From Flavobacteriales bacterium (GTDB taxonomy: Bacteria > Bacteroidota > Bacteroidia > Flavobacteriales_F > PHOS-HE28), in NCBI GenBank assembly GCA_020852835.1, contig JADZAC010000049.1:19378-83377 (forward strand): a stretch of DNA of 64,000 bases, given 5' to 3'. Numbering within the stretch: the stretch's first letter is position 1; every line of letters starts with the position of its first letter. The notes beneath the pieces were generated by a model, which saw only the letters and a list, made by a program, of their open reading frames with translations, had not been told where the DNA came from and made no database searches. The position numbers and the translations under genes are program-made. Shown piece by piece: positions 19,318 to 32,442 of the stretch.

Positions 19318-21282
19318 ATGTCCGAGAAAACTGCCCTGGAGGCCTTGAAACTGGCCGAACTGCGCGATATCGCCAAGCACCTCAAGCTCCAGAAGTTCGA
19401 GACCTTGAAAAAGCAGGACCTCATTGCCAAGATCCTAGAGGCGGGCAGTTCCGCCAGCAACCGCGACACCGATGCCATCGCGGCATTGGCCGTGGAAGAT
19501 GAAGCTCCCGATCCCGAACCGGACCCGCTACCACAGGAACCTGCGGACAATGGCAATGACGATGATGACGAAGACGAAGACGAAGACGATGAGGACCTCG
19601 ACGATGATGAGGAGGATGAAGACGATGACGATGACGACGAGGACAACTCCTTGGCCGCCGGCAAACAGGAACGGGGCAGCGGGTTGAAGGAAGCACCCGG
19701 TGCAACGCCGGAACCGGCTGCCGCACCTCCGGGGGCTGCATCCACGGAGCCGCAAGCATCCCGGGCAGACAGCCGTGCACGGCCCTCCGTGGATCGGGCC
19801 GAAGGGCTGAACGACCGGTTCGACCCGCGCGACCGCCACCAGCGAAAGGGGCGCCGCCCCCGCATTGAGGGAGGGCGATCGCCTGTAGAGCAAGCTGATG
19901 CACCACTGGCGGGCGAGGCTCCGCAAACTGCCGCACCCGTGGATATAGCGGCCGCTACAGTTGAAGGCACCGGGAAGCATCACGGCGCGGAGGGCCAACC
20001 GGGGGTACCGACTGAAATCCGCCCAGACTTGCCGCGGGACCATCGCGACCGCAATCGGCAGCAGCACCGCGATCCCCAGCAGCAGCAGCAACAACAGCAA
20101 CAAGCGCAACGCCAGGAACAACGCCAGCAGGACCGCCCGCAGCAACAGCAGCAATCGCAGGTTTCATTTGATGCCTTCATCGAATCGGCTGGCGTGGTGG
20201 AGGTAATGCCCGAAGGACATGGTTTCCTGCGCAGCAGCGACTACAACTACCTGCCATCACCGGATGATGTGTTCGTGGCCCAGCAAATGATCAAACAGAA
20301 CGGGCTGAAGACCGGTGACACCGTGCACGGCTACGTGCGCCCGCCGCGCGACCAGGACAAATACTTCGTGCTGGTAAAGGTGGACAGCATCAACGGCCGC
20401 AGCCCCGAATGGTCAAGGGACCGGGTTCCGTTCAAATTCCTCACGCCGCTCTTCCCCGACGAAAAATTCGACCTGACCACCAAGGGCAGCAACCTGAGCA
20501 CCCGGGTGCTGGACCTGTTCGCGCCCATCGGCAAGGGCCAACGCGGCTTGATCGTGGCGCAACCCAAAACCGGCAAGACCATCCTGCTGAAGGACGTGGC
20601 CAATGCCATTGCCGCCAACCACCCCGAGGTATACCTGATCGTACTGCTCATTGATGAACGGCCCGAAGAGGTGACCGACATGCAGCGCAGCGTAAAGGCC
20701 GAGGTGATCGCCAGCACGTTCGATGAACCGGCCACGCGCCATGTGGCCGTGGCCTCCATGGTATTGGAAAAGGCCAAGTGCCTCACCGAATGCGGGCACG
20801 ATGTGGTGATCCTGCTGGATTCCATCACCCGTTTGGCGCGGGCCTACAACACGGTGCAGCCCGCCAGCGGCAAGATCCTTTCAGGCGGTGTGGATGCCAA
20901 TGCCCTGCAGAAGCCCAAGCGCTTCTTCGGCGCGGCGCGCAAGATCGAGAACGGCGGTTCGCTCACCATCCTGGCCACGGCGCTCACCGAAACCGGCAGC
21001 AAGATGGACGAAGTGATCTTCGAGGAATTCAAGGGCACTGGCAACATGGAGCTCCAGCTGGACCGCAAGATCAGCAACCGCCGCATCTTCCCGGCCATCG
21101 ACATCCTGTCCAGCGGCACCCGCCGTGACGACCTGCTGCACCACAAGGACGTGCTGCAGCGCACCTGGATCCTGCGCAAACACCTGGCCGATATGACGCC
21201 AGTGGAGGCCATGGAGTTCATCAAGACCCGCATGGAAGGCACCCGCAGCAACGAGGAATTCCTCGTCTCCATGAACGGTTGA
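19318..21282 (+). CDS. rho: Transcription termination factor Rho with a long N-terminal disordered insertion
   Basis: Rho_N helix ([19 protein letters not shown]). CSD-like RNA-binding domain ([13 protein letters not shown]). Walker A ([12 protein letters not shown]) and the C-terminal ATPase. Between Rho_N and the CSD lies a roughly 240 aa low-complexity insertion with a poly-D/E tract and a poly-Q tract. Confidence 0.9.
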   Translation: MSEKTALEALKLAELRDIAKHLKLQKFETLKKQDLIAKILEAGSSASNRDTDAIAALAVEDEAPDPEPDPLPQEPADNGNDDDDEDEDEDDEDLDDDEEDEDDDDDDEDNSLAAGKQERGSGLKEAPGATPEPAAAPPGAASTEPQASRADSRARPSVDRAEGLNDRFDPRDRHQRKGRRPRIEGGRSPVEQADAPLAGEAPQTAAPVDIAAATVEGTGKHHGAEGQPGVPTEIRPDLPRDHRDRNRQQHRDPQQQQQQQQQAQRQEQRQQDRPQQQQQSQVSFDAFIESAGVVEVMPEGHGFLRSSDYNYLPSPDDVFVAQQMIKQNGLKTGDTVHGYVRPPRDQDKYFVLVKVDSINGRSPEWSRDRVPFKFLTPLFPDEKFDLTTKGSNLSTRVLDLFAPIGKGQRGLIVAQPKTGKTILLKDVANAIAANHPEVYLIVLLIDERPEEVTDMQRSVKAEVIASTFDEPATRHVAVASMVLEKAKCLTECGHDVVILLDSITRLARAYNTVQPASGKILSGGVDANALQKPKRFFGAARKIENGGSLTILATALTETGSKMDEVIFEEFKGTGNMELQLDRKISNRRIFPAIDILSSGTRRDDLLHHKDVLQRTWILRKHLADMTPVEAMEFIKTRMEGTRSNEEFLVSMNG

Positions 21283-21292
21283 CCGTGTGCCC

Positions 21293-21778
21293 ATGTCCGG
21301 CATCAAGTTCACTCTGCTGTTGGCCTTCACCGCTGCCGCCTTGCGCTCGGCCTTGTTCTACGCCGGTGTGCACGTCGCTCCATTCGACTTCATCCCGGTG
21401 CACCTGCTGCTGATCGTGCTGGCGATGTTCTTCAGCGGCCATCTCCTGCTCCGCCACGATCCCTCGCGCGGCTTTGGCGAACTGCTCCGTGCCGCCTTTC
21501 AATCGGTGTTCGCCTATGCCTCGATCATCGCCCTCTTCAGCTGGTTCTTCTACACGGCGATCGACACCACGGCGTTCAGCAGCTACAATGCCCGTTTGGT
21601 GGAAGGCTTCGTGGCACAAGGGCACCCGGAAGACCAAGCCCGGGAAAAGGTGGCCGCGTTGTACAACCCGGTGAGCTACGCCACGCTCACCTTTTTCGGG
21701 AGCTTCCTGGCCGGGTCGTTCAATGCTTTTGCCTTTGCGCTGCTGCACCACAAGCTGCTGCGCAACTTGCGCCGGTGA
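21293..21778 (+). CDS. DUF4199-like membrane protein, commonly found downstream of rho in Bacteroidota
   Basis: About 160 aa with four hydrophobic helices. Starts 11 nt after the rho stop. Confidence 0.5.
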   Translation: MSGIKFTLLLAFTAAALRSALFYAGVHVAPFDFIPVHLLLIVLAMFFSGHLLLRHDPSRGFGELLRAAFQSVFAYASIIALFSWFFYTAIDTTAFSSYNARLVEGFVAQGHPEDQAREKVAALYNPVSYATLTFFGSFLAGSFNAFAFALLHHKLLRNLRR

Positions 21779-21803
21779 GCGCGCTTTGCCCGGCCCATGG
21801 AGC

Positions 21804-23177
21804 CTAGGCGATGAACGCCTCGGCCAGTGCCTCCAGGTCCAAGCCGCCGAAGTTGCCGCTGCTCATCATCAACAGTACCGCCTCGTTGCCCTGGCCCGGG
21901 CCGTTGCGCACAATTCCCATCAGCTCCACCGGATCGGTGGCCACCTGCAGGTCAGCGCGGCCAAAGGCCCGGTGAATGCGTTCGGCCTTCACCGGCGGCA
22001 AGCGTTTGAGCTGCACCGCATGCGGGTCGTAGAACACCACGGCCTGGTCCGCACCGTTCAAGCTGCCCGCATACTGGTCCAGGAAGTTCTCGCTCAGGCT
22101 GCTGAAGGTGTGCAGCTCCATGCAAGCCACCAGCCTGCGGCCGGGGAATTGCTCGCGCACGGCTTCCACCGTGGCTTTGAGCTTGCTGGGCGAATGGGCA
22201 AAATCCTTGAACACCGCGCGCGTCCGGCTTTCCGCCAGCTTCTCCAGGCGCTTGGCCGCCCCGGTGAACGAGGCGATGGCCGCGTAGAACTCCCGGTCGC
22301 CGATGCCCAGCTGATGGCACACGTGCCGAGCACCTTCCAGGTTCATCAGGTTGTGGCGGCCAAAGACCATTAGTGGCACCTCCCCATGGGCCGTTGACAG
22401 ATAGGTGGTTCCTCCGCGGATCACATGTGGCGGAACGCCGTAAGGGACCTGCACCACGTCTTTACGGTCCTTGCGGTCGAGGGCCAGCCGGGCTACCTCA
22501 GGGTCTTCGGTGCAAAACACCAGTTTCCCCCCCGGCTCGATCAGGTCCATGAAACGGGCGAACTGCTCCACGTAGCTGGCGTACGTCTTGAACACGTTGA
22601 TATGGTCCCAGGCAATGCCGCTTACCAAAGCGATGTTGGGCCGGTACAGGTGGAACTTGGGCACGGGCTCCAGCGTGGATGCCAAGTACTCATCACCTTC
22701 GATCACCGCCACCGTGCTCAGCGGGTCCAGCTTCACCATGCAGTCAAACCCTTCCAACTGCGCGCCCACGAGGTAGTCAAACGCGGCATCCACCGACCGA
22801 AGCACGTGGATGATCATGGAGGTGATGGTGGTTTTGCCGTGGCTGCCGCCGATCACTACGCGTGTTTTGCGGCGTGTTTGCTCATGGAAATAGGCCGGGT
22901 AGCTGAACACCGGGATGCTTAGCTCACGTGCCCGTTGCAGCTCGGGGTTGTCGGCCCGGGCATGCATGCCCAGGATCACGGCATCCAACGCCGGAGTGAT
23001 GTTCTCCGGGTGCCAGCCCATGCGCGCCGGCAACAGGCCCAGGTGGTCCAGCCGGCTGCGGCTGGGTTCGAAGATCTCGTCGTCGCTCCCGCTCACCTCC
23101 ATGCCTTGGCGGTGCAGGGCGATGGCCAAGTTGTGCATGGCACTGCCGCCGATGGCGATAAAATGGACCCTTTTCAT
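21804..23177 (-). CDS. mpl: UDP-N-acetylmuramate:L-alanyl-gamma-D-glutamyl-meso-diaminopimelate ligase (Mpl, Mur ligase family)
   Basis: N-terminus MKRVHFIAIGGSAMHNLAIAL, a Mur-ligase central domain (GSHGKTT), and a length of roughly 457 aa typical of Mpl. Confidence 0.8.
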   Translation of the reverse strand: MKRVHFIAIGGSAMHNLAIALHRQGMEVSGSDDEIFEPSRSRLDHLGLLPARMGWHPENITPALDAVILGMHARADNPELQRARELSIPVFSYPAYFHEQTRRKTRVVIGGSHGKTTITSMIIHVLRSVDAAFDYLVGAQLEGFDCMVKLDPLSTVAVIEGDEYLASTLEPVPKFHLYRPNIALVSGIAWDHINVFKTYASYVEQFARFMDLIEPGGKLVFCTEDPEVARLALDRKDRKDVVQVPYGVPPHVIRGGTTYLSTAHGEVPLMVFGRHNLMNLEGARHVCHQLGIGDREFYAAIASFTGAAKRLEKLAESRTRAVFKDFAHSPSKLKATVEAVREQFPGRRLVACMELHTFSSLSENFLDQYAGSLNGADQAVVFYDPHAVQLKRLPPVKAERIHRAFGRADLQVATDPVELMGIVRNGPGQGNEAVLLMMSSGNFGGLDLEALAEAFIA

Positions 23178-23308
23178 GGTACGCCAAAGGAACCTGGCAC
23201 ACGGCCACATCCGGCGGCGCACCATCGGAAATTTCCACGCCGCGCTGTGGGTGGCGGGCTACCCAGGTGTTCCGGCCGGTCGCACCGGAGGGTCTACCTT
23301 TGCGCTCC

Positions 23309-24532
23309 ATGCGTGAGTTCAACATTCCGGCCCACTACCGTTCCACGCTGATCGGCCGCATCAAGGCATTCCGCAAAACGCAGGATCCGCGCAAACAAGA
23401 CTTCAGCCCCACCCTGCTGGACCTGGGCCCGGTCCGTTTCATCCTGGCACGTCATTTTGGTTTTTGCTACGGGGTGCAGAACGCCATTGAGATCAGCTAC
23501 AAGGCCCTGGAAGATCACCCCGGAAAGCGGATCTTCCTGCTCAGCCAGATGATCCACAACCCCGAAGTGAACGAAGACCTCGAAGGGCGCGGCATCCGGT
23601 TCATCCAGGACACCCATGGAAACAAGCTCTTGGATTGGGATGAGCTGAGGAGCGACGACATCGTGATCATTCCGGCGTTCGGCACCACGCTCGAAACGGC
23701 CGAACGACTGAGAAACCTGGGCATCGACCCCTTGAAGCACAACACCACCTGCCCCTTTGTGGAAAAAGTGTGGAAGCGCAGCGAACAGCTCGGCAAGCAG
23801 CACCACACGGTGGTGATCCACGGCAAGGCGGCCCATGAAGAAACGCGGGCCACCTTCAGCCACACGGCCAAGGATGCCCCTGCGGTGATCGTGAAGGACA
23901 TGCAGGAAACCGAGGAACTGGGGCGGATCATCCTGGGGGAAGCACCCATGGAAAGGTTCCATCTGCTCTTCGGCACGCGCTGCACACCGGGCTTCGACCC
24001 AGGAAAAGACCTCCAGCGCATCGGGGTGGTGAACCAGACCACCATGCTGGCCACCGAGACCCAGGCCATCGCCGATCATTTGAAGGCGGTGATGCTGCAG
24101 AAATACGGCGAAGCCGAACTGAAGAACCGGTTCGCCGACACGCGCGATACGCTGTGCTACGCCACCAACGACAACCAGGACGCCACCACCGAACTGCTGA
24201 AGGAGGAGGCTGACCTGGCCTTGGTGGTGGGCGGCTACAACAGCAGTAACACGAGCCACATCGTGGAGATGCTCGAGGGCAAGTTCCCCACCTACTTCAT
24301 CAACGGCGACAAGGAGATCATCGACGGGGGGGGCATCGAACATTTCAACTACCCCGCCCATCGCATGGAGCACACGCAAGGCTGGCTGCCCGCCAAACGC
24401 CCGGTCACCATTGTGCTCACCAGCGGTGCCAGTTGCCCGGACACCCTGTTGGACCGCGTGATATGGAAAGTGCTGGGGCTGGTGGAAGGTGCCCGGGACC
24501 CGCAAGCGGTGGTAGGCCGGCTGGTGGGTTGA
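23309..24532 (+). CDS. ispH: 4-hydroxy-3-methylbut-2-enyl diphosphate reductase IspH (long Bacteroidota form)
   Basis: Contains FGFCYGVQNAIE, VIHNPEV and a conserved Cys-containing core. Start set at MREFNIP. Confidence 0.85.
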   Translation: MREFNIPAHYRSTLIGRIKAFRKTQDPRKQDFSPTLLDLGPVRFILARHFGFCYGVQNAIEISYKALEDHPGKRIFLLSQMIHNPEVNEDLEGRGIRFIQDTHGNKLLDWDELRSDDIVIIPAFGTTLETAERLRNLGIDPLKHNTTCPFVEKVWKRSEQLGKQHHTVVIHGKAAHEETRATFSHTAKDAPAVIVKDMQETEELGRIILGEAPMERFHLLFGTRCTPGFDPGKDLQRIGVVNQTTMLATETQAIADHLKAVMLQKYGEAELKNRFADTRDTLCYATNDNQDATTELLKEEADLALVVGGYNSSNTSHIVEMLEGKFPTYFINGDKEIIDGGGIEHFNYPAHRMEHTQGWLPAKRPVTIVLTSGASCPDTLLDRVIWKVLGLVEGARDPQAVVGRLVG

Positions 24533-24545
24533 AGAAGCAGGAGCT

Positions 24546-25247
24546 TCACACTTCGGCCGCCTCGCCGATCGCCTTGGCCACATGGCCCAAGGCCAGCTCA
24601 AACTGTTCGCCGGCGGTGAGCTCACTGTTGTCGATCTCGATCGCGTCGGGTGCCTTGGTCAAGGGGTCGGCCTTGCGGCGGGTGTCATCCTCGTCGCGCT
24701 GGCGAATGTTGTCCAACACGCTGGCATAGTCCACCTCCTCCCCTTTGCCAACCAGTTCCAAGAAGCGGCGCCTGGCGCGCACCTCGGTGCTGGCGGTCAT
24801 GTAGAGCTTTACTTCCGCGCGTGGAAAAACCACCGTGCCGATATCGCGCCCGTCCATTACCACGCCACCGCGGAGGCCCAGCGCTTTTTGAAGGCGGACC
24901 AGCTTGGCACGCACCTCGGGCACGGGGCTCACCAGTGTAACGTGCCTGCTTACCTCCATGCCGCGGATCTCCTGTTCCACATTGCGCCCATTGATCCAGG
25001 TGGTGCTGCGTTGCATGCGGTCATCATACCGGAAACTGATATCCAGCTCGTCCAGCACGCGCAACAGCCCGGCCTTGTCCAGTTTTCCCTCGCGCACCAA
25101 GCCGTTTTCCATGGCATAGAGCGCCACGGCCCGGTACATGGCCCCGCTGTCGATGTACGTATAGCCCAAGTGGTGGGCCAGTTCCTTGGCCAAGGTGCTT
25201 TTGCCGCAGCTGCTGAAACCGTCGATGGCAATATTGATCTTGGACAT
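24546..25247 (-). CDS. cmk: Cytidylate kinase
   Basis: P-loop IAIDGFSSCGKSTLAKELA and an overall length of 233 aa. Confidence 0.85.
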   Translation of the reverse strand: MSKINIAIDGFSSCGKSTLAKELAHHLGYTYIDSGAMYRAVALYAMENGLVREGKLDKAGLLRVLDELDISFRYDDRMQRSTTWINGRNVEQEIRGMEVSRHVTLVSPVPEVRAKLVRLQKALGLRGGVVMDGRDIGTVVFPRAEVKLYMTASTEVRARRRFLELVGKGEEVDYASVLDNIRQRDEDDTRRKADPLTKAPDAIEIDNSELTAGEQFELALGHVAKAIGEAAEV

Positions 25248-25325
25248 GGCGGGTGGCTAAAATACGAGTACCGGGCCGTATGTACCACTGCACCGCGACG
25301 GCTCCGGCTGGTCTGGATCCCAGCT

Positions 25326-26384
25326 TCAGGTGCCTGCAGGTTCCCGCTTCAGGTCGGCAAAACGCAAGGCCAGGGTGAAGGTGTTGCTGGCTCCGGCGGG
25401 ATTGAATTGGGCATAACTGTAGCTCACATGCAGCTTGCTTACCCGAAGGCCTATGCCCAAGCTCACGCCCGAAAGGCCGGGCTTGGCATCCATGGCCAGC
25501 TCATGCCGCTTGCGGAAGTTGTAGCCCAAGCGTACCATGAAATTCTGGCTCAGCAGGATTTCCGCATTGGGCACTAGGTGCAGCATGGCCTTCTCCACGG
25601 TGGTCACCTTGTCCACGATGGCTTCGCCCGTGGTGGGGTCGATCTGTTGCACCACATTGGGGTCTTCGTAGGTCAGGTCACCTTGTTGCAGGTTGTCCAA
25701 CGAAAGGCCCAGGCGGAACGGCGCATGGCGGAATTTGTACGTTGCGGCCACTTGCGCTTGGAACGGCAGCTTTTCCTTGGTGCCGGTATAGCCGCTGGTT
25801 ACGGTGCCGATGTTGCGCAAGGTGGCCGCCACCGTAAGGCCCAACGCCTTCTTGGCATACACGCCACCGATGTCCGCAGCCCAGCCCGTGGCGGTGTAGG
25901 TATCCAGGTGGGAGGTGATGAACTTCACGTTCACCCCAATGCTGAACACGCTGTCAATGGCGCGGCCGGCGCCCACTTGCACCACGTATTCACCCGCCCG
26001 GAACTCCCCTTCATCCGCGCCGGTTTCATCCCGGCGGGCAAAGGAGCCGTAATCCACGTACTGCACACCGCCGCTCAGGGTAATGGCGCTGCTGTCCAGG
26101 TGGTGGGCATAGGCGGCATAGCCGATGTTGATGCCGTCCACGTATGGCAGGTAGCTCAGGGCGGCCTGCTTGGCCATGGAGGCGTTGAGCAATGCGGGGT
26201 TGAAGAGGCCCAGGTTGATGTCGTTGTCGTACACGGCCACCGGTGAGCCGCCCAAGGCGGAGACCCGGGCGGAGCTGGGGATGTCCAGCACCCGGAACAC
26301 CGTGGAGCCGCCCAATTGGGCATGGGCCGGGGCCAAGGCGATCAGCAAGCAAGCGGCGGACAGGGAGCGGAAGCGGATGGACAT
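25326..26384 (-). CDS. Type IX secretion system outer-membrane beta-barrel protein of the PorQ / PorP(SprF) family
   Basis: Signal peptide MSIRFRSLSAACLLIALAPAHAQ. Family-like motifs SALGGSPVA..DINLGLFNPALL and a C-terminal aromatic-rich beta-strand pattern. The upstream ORF extension is non-conserved, so the start was moved to the internal Met. Confidence 0.5.
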   Translation of the reverse strand: MSIRFRSLSAACLLIALAPAHAQLGGSTVFRVLDIPSSARVSALGGSPVAVYDNDINLGLFNPALLNASMAKQAALSYLPYVDGINIGYAAYAHHLDSSAITLSGGVQYVDYGSFARRDETGADEGEFRAGEYVVQVGAGRAIDSVFSIGVNVKFITSHLDTYTATGWAADIGGVYAKKALGLTVAATLRNIGTVTSGYTGTKEKLPFQAQVAATYKFRHAPFRLGLSLDNLQQGDLTYEDPNVVQQIDPTTGEAIVDKVTTVEKAMLHLVPNAEILLSQNFMVRLGYNFRKRHELAMDAKPGLSGVSLGIGLRVSKLHVSYSYAQFNPAGASNTFTLALRFADLKREPAGT

Positions 26385-26440
26385 GGTGGAATGGGGCGGC
26401 CGCGAAAGGAACGCAAGATAGGCGCTGGTAGTATCCGGGG

Positions 26441-27649
26441 TCATTTCCATAGCAGGGAGCCATCTCCATAGCTCAGAAAACGGTAGCCATGGTCCAAGGC
26501 ATGCGCATAGACCTGTTTCCAGCGCGGCCCGATGAATGCCGCCACCAGCAGCAGCAGGGTGCTGTGCGGCTGGTGGAAATTGGTGACCAGCCCGTCCGCC
26601 AGGCGGAAGCGGTAGCCCGGGGCGATCAGCAGTGCGGTGGTGCCCGCAACATGGTCGGCTCCCCGTTGGTCCAGCCAGTGAAGCACCTCCTCCAAGGCCG
26701 TGTTTGTTTCCACCGGTGCCTTGGCGGCATAGGGCCGCCATTGGTCCACCTGCATGCCGCCCATGGAGGTACCGGCGGCCAGGTCGGCCCCGAACCAGTA
26801 AAGGCTTTCCATGGTGCGCATGGCCGTGGTTCCCACGGGCACGATCGGCCCCTTGCCCAACTGGCGCAGCAGGGCTTCCACGGTGCCGCGCGATATGCGC
26901 ACCTGCTCGCGGTGCATGGCATGCTCGCGCATGGTGTTGCCCTTTACCGGCAGAAAAGTGCCCGCGCCCACATGCAAGGTGACCGGCACGGTGGATATTC
27001 CTCCTTGGGCCATGGCCTGCAACAATTCCGGGGTGAGGTGCAAGCTTGCCGTGGGTGCTGCCACTGAGCCGGGGTGCACACCGAACACGGTGTTGTAGCG
27101 CTCTTCATCATCCGGCATGGCTTCCCGCCGCATGTAGGGTGGTAGCGGCACTGCCCCGAACCGGTCCAACTGGTCCAGGAAAGGTTTCCCCCCTTCCCAA
27201 CGGAACTCGATCAGGAACTCCCCGTTGCGCTCGTCCAACTTGCGCATGGCAAACCGGCGCCCCTCGGGCTCCAGCACCAGCTCCTCCCCTTTCCAACGTT
27301 TGGTGTTGCCCAGCATGCACCACCAGCGCGTTCCTGCCGGCTCGTTCAAGGCCTCTTCCAACGGCCGGTCCCCTTCGGGGCATAGCACCATGCACTCGAT
27401 CACCGCGCCGGTAGCGCGCCGGAACCGGATGCGGGCATGGATGACCCGTGTGTCATTGAGCACCAACAGGGTGCCTGCCGGCAATTCCTGCGCGAGTTCG
27501 TTGAACCACCGGTCCTTCAGGCCGTCCGGTCCGCAAACCAACAATCTGGCACTGTCGCGTTCGGCCGGTGGCCGCGTTGCGATGCGCTCGTAGGGCAGGT
27601 GGTAGGTGTGGTCGGTGATCCGCAGGTCCTTGGGATCCATGGGGCGCAA
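26441..27649 (-). CDS. queA: S-adenosylmethionine:tRNA ribosyltransferase-isomerase QueA
   Basis: N-terminus DLRITDHTYHLPYERIATRP, plus the full-length queuosine-biosynthesis QueA fold. Confidence 0.85.
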   Translation of the reverse strand: MRPMDPKDLRITDHTYHLPYERIATRPPAERDSARLLVCGPDGLKDRWFNELAQELPAGTLLVLNDTRVIHARIRFRRATGAVIECMVLCPEGDRPLEEALNEPAGTRWWCMLGNTKRWKGEELVLEPEGRRFAMRKLDERNGEFLIEFRWEGGKPFLDQLDRFGAVPLPPYMRREAMPDDEERYNTVFGVHPGSVAAPTASLHLTPELLQAMAQGGISTVPVTLHVGAGTFLPVKGNTMREHAMHREQVRISRGTVEALLRQLGKGPIVPVGTTAMRTMESLYWFGADLAAGTSMGGMQVDQWRPYAAKAPVETNTALEEVLHWLDQRGADHVAGTTALLIAPGYRFRLADGLVTNFHQPHSTLLLLVAAFIGPRWKQVYAHALDHGYRFLSYGDGSLLWK

Positions 27650-27754
27650 AGATCGCCTGCATCAGGCCTGCGTGGAACGCTGCCATGCGCCACCTCTGCC
27701 CGCCCCCCGGATGGCCGGGGCATTCGGGGCTATTTTTGGCCCGAGGCCAAACGC

Positions 27755-28969
27755 ATGTTCCGTGGTTTAGCATTGATCACCGTACTGGTTGCCAGCGCAC
27801 CGGCGCAGGCCCGGCCATCCATGCAGCCCGCCCGGGCGCAGGATTCCCTGGCCGCTGCGAAGCCCTGGTACGAGCGCTTCAAGATCCGCGGCTATGCCCA
27901 GGTGCGCTACAATGGCTTGCTCGCCACCAACGATAGCCTGGGGTGCGAACAGTGCGACCGCAGTTGGGGCGGCGACAATGGATTCTTCCTGCGCCGCCTG
28001 CGCATTTCGCTCAGCGGCTACGTGCATCCACGGGTTTATGTGTACGTGCAGCCCGATCTCGTGAGCTGGGCCGGCGGCTCAGGCTATATGGCCCAACTGC
28101 GGGATTGCTACGTGGACCTGGGCTTCGACCCGCGCAACGAACTGCGCCTGCGCCTGGGGCAAAGCAAGGTGCCCTTCGGCTATGAGAACATGCAGAGCAG
28201 CCAGCAACGGGTGCCGCTGGACCGGGCCGACCCGCTGAACAGCGCGCTGAAGGATGAGCGCGACATTGGCGCCTTCCTGTACTGGTCGCCCCAACGGATC
28301 CGCGAACGGGTGGGCATGTTCGTTTCCTCGGGCATGAAAGGCAGCGGCGATTTCGGGGTGCTGGCGCTGGGCGTATACAACGGGCAAGGCACCAACCGGA
28401 TGGACCTGAACAAGGAGCTGCACGTGGTGGCACGGGCCTCTTGGCCTTTTGAGGTCGGTGGGCAGTATGTGGAAGCAGCCGTTGCCGGATATGCCGGCGA
28501 CTATGTGCTGTCCGGCAGCCAGCTCAGCCCGGGGATCGGCACGTCCACCGATCGGAGCTACGATGACCGGCGGGCACTGGCCACCCTCTCGCTCTTGCCG
28601 GCGCCGTTCGGGCTGCTGGCGGAATACAACGTGGGGCGCGGCCCGGAGTTCGATGCCGCTTCGGACAGCATCACCACCAAGAACCTCGAAGGCGGCTACA
28701 TCACCGCCATGTACCGCTTCCGGCCGGGCAAGCACAACCTGATGGCATTCGTGCGCTACCAGCAGTATGCCGGGGGAAAGAAATTTGAGCAGGATGCGCG
28801 CAGCTATGCGGTGAACGACGTTGAGTTCGGGGTGGAATGGCAGCCGAACGCAAACGTTGAACTGGTGTGTGAATACTACCTCGGCGATCGCCGCTATACC
28901 GACCTCAGCCTGCCGGTGAACCACCAGCAGGGCGGCTTGCTGCGCGTGCAGGCCCAGTTCAGCTTTTAG
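27755..28969 (+). CDS. Putative outer-membrane porin (phosphate-selective porin O/P-like beta-barrel)
   Basis: Signal peptide MFRGLALITVLVASAPAQA. Alternating amphipathic beta-strand pattern. C-terminal aromatic residue (…VQAQFSF). Confidence 0.45.
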   Translation: MFRGLALITVLVASAPAQARPSMQPARAQDSLAAAKPWYERFKIRGYAQVRYNGLLATNDSLGCEQCDRSWGGDNGFFLRRLRISLSGYVHPRVYVYVQPDLVSWAGGSGYMAQLRDCYVDLGFDPRNELRLRLGQSKVPFGYENMQSSQQRVPLDRADPLNSALKDERDIGAFLYWSPQRIRERVGMFVSSGMKGSGDFGVLALGVYNGQGTNRMDLNKELHVVARASWPFEVGGQYVEAAVAGYAGDYVLSGSQLSPGIGTSTDRSYDDRRALATLSLLPAPFGLLAEYNVGRGPEFDAASDSITTKNLEGGYITAMYRFRPGKHNLMAFVRYQQYAGGKKFEQDARSYAVNDVEFGVEWQPNANVELVCEYYLGDRRYTDLSLPVNHQQGGLLRVQAQFSF

Positions 28970-29726
28970 GTGCCCGCATGGCACGGCCGAACTTCTGGTT
29001 CACGCCGAGCCGCAGGATGTGGCGATCATAGAAATCACGCCCGCTCTGCCGCTGCTGGAACCAGTTCAGGTAACCCAGTTCAATGGTGAGCCCCGGGCTG
29101 AGGGCTGAGTACAAGCCCAGGTACACCCGGTTCTGGTCGAACACGTTGTAGAGGATCCGGCTGCCGGCATTGACCAGCAGTTCGTCGCTTGCGGCGAAAC
29201 CCAGCCTTTCGAGGCGTCCGGCCCCGGCGGTAACCAACGGCACGTCCAACCCGATGCGGCAGCGCAGGCGGAAATTCCTGAAGGCATAGCCCTCACCCAG
29301 CGCATCCCCCTCCACCGCGTGGAAATAGCGGGCTTCAGCCTTGATCCTTTGCACCACCCGGAAATACCGCAATTGCTGCTTCCCGTTCAGTTCCACGTGC
29401 GGGCGCAGCTCGGGCACCACCAAGTAAGATGGCGCATGCGGGTCATTGGGGCTTTGCAGGTACAGGCACATGCCGGCGCCGAGGTCCCACCCGGTGCCCA
29501 ACACCCTGGTGGCCGTGGGCCGGAACACGGATTGATGCTGGGCTGCCGGATTGACGAAAAAGCGCTCTTGGACGTCCATGTTCACCGACCAGCGGTCGTT
29601 GAAGCGGTAAGTGGCCTTGAAGGCAAGCCACGCCAGCTCCTGTTCCACCACGTTCTTGCTTGTTTGCTGGGCGTGGTTGCGGCCCGCACACCCGAGCAGG
29701 GCCAATAACAACAGGAACCTCGGCAT
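28959..29726 (-). CDS. DUF2490-like outer-membrane beta-barrel protein
   Basis: Signal peptide MPRFLLLLALLGCAG. Repetitive Y/F-x-R beta-strand pattern. Converges on, and overlaps, the porin gene's 3' end. Confidence 0.45.
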   Translation of the reverse strand: MPRFLLLLALLGCAGRNHAQQTSKNVVEQELAWLAFKATYRFNDRWSVNMDVQERFFVNPAAQHQSVFRPTATRVLGTGWDLGAGMCLYLQSPNDPHAPSYLVVPELRPHVELNGKQQLRYFRVVQRIKAEARYFHAVEGDALGEGYAFRNFRLRCRIGLDVPLVTAGAGRLERLGFAASDELLVNAGSRILYNVFDQNRVYLGLYSALSPGLTIELGYLNWFQQRQSGRDFYDRHILRLGVNQKFGRAMRAPKS

Positions 29727-29877
29727 GGGCAAGTGGGGTGGATCCGGTCCGGGCGAGTTCCAACGGCAATTTGCACCACAGGGTTGTGGCCAGCACTTCC
29801 GGCAACCGCATGCCCGGTGCACCTGGCCGCAAAGATGGTACCGGCAGCCACTGCGTGCATGCCGGCGCCTGGAAAAT

Positions 29878-32328
<2,451 letters not shown>

Positions 32329-32351
32329 GCGAATGTGCCAATGTGTCGTTT

Positions 32352-32359
32352 CAAAATTA
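32352..32359 (-). promoter_or_regulatory. Candidate -7 element TAATTTTG upstream of lon
   Basis: Reverse complement of CAAAATTA, about 24 nt upstream of the lon ATG. Matches the Bacteroidota TAnnTTTG consensus. Confidence 0.4.
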
Positions 32360-32442
32360 CTGCGCCTTGCCCGGGAGCGGACAAAGCGCGCGCGGGAGGC
32401 CAAAGGCAAGCACTGTGCCGTGGCGCCAACCCTGCGAACTTG

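Noticed and set aside
19555-20160. A repetitive GAN/CAG tract checked as a possible CRISPR array, satellite or minisatellite.
   Set aside because: The repeats are in-frame trinucleotide runs encoding the acidic and poly-Q segments of Rho. There are no spacer-repeat architecture and no cas genes anywhere in the window.
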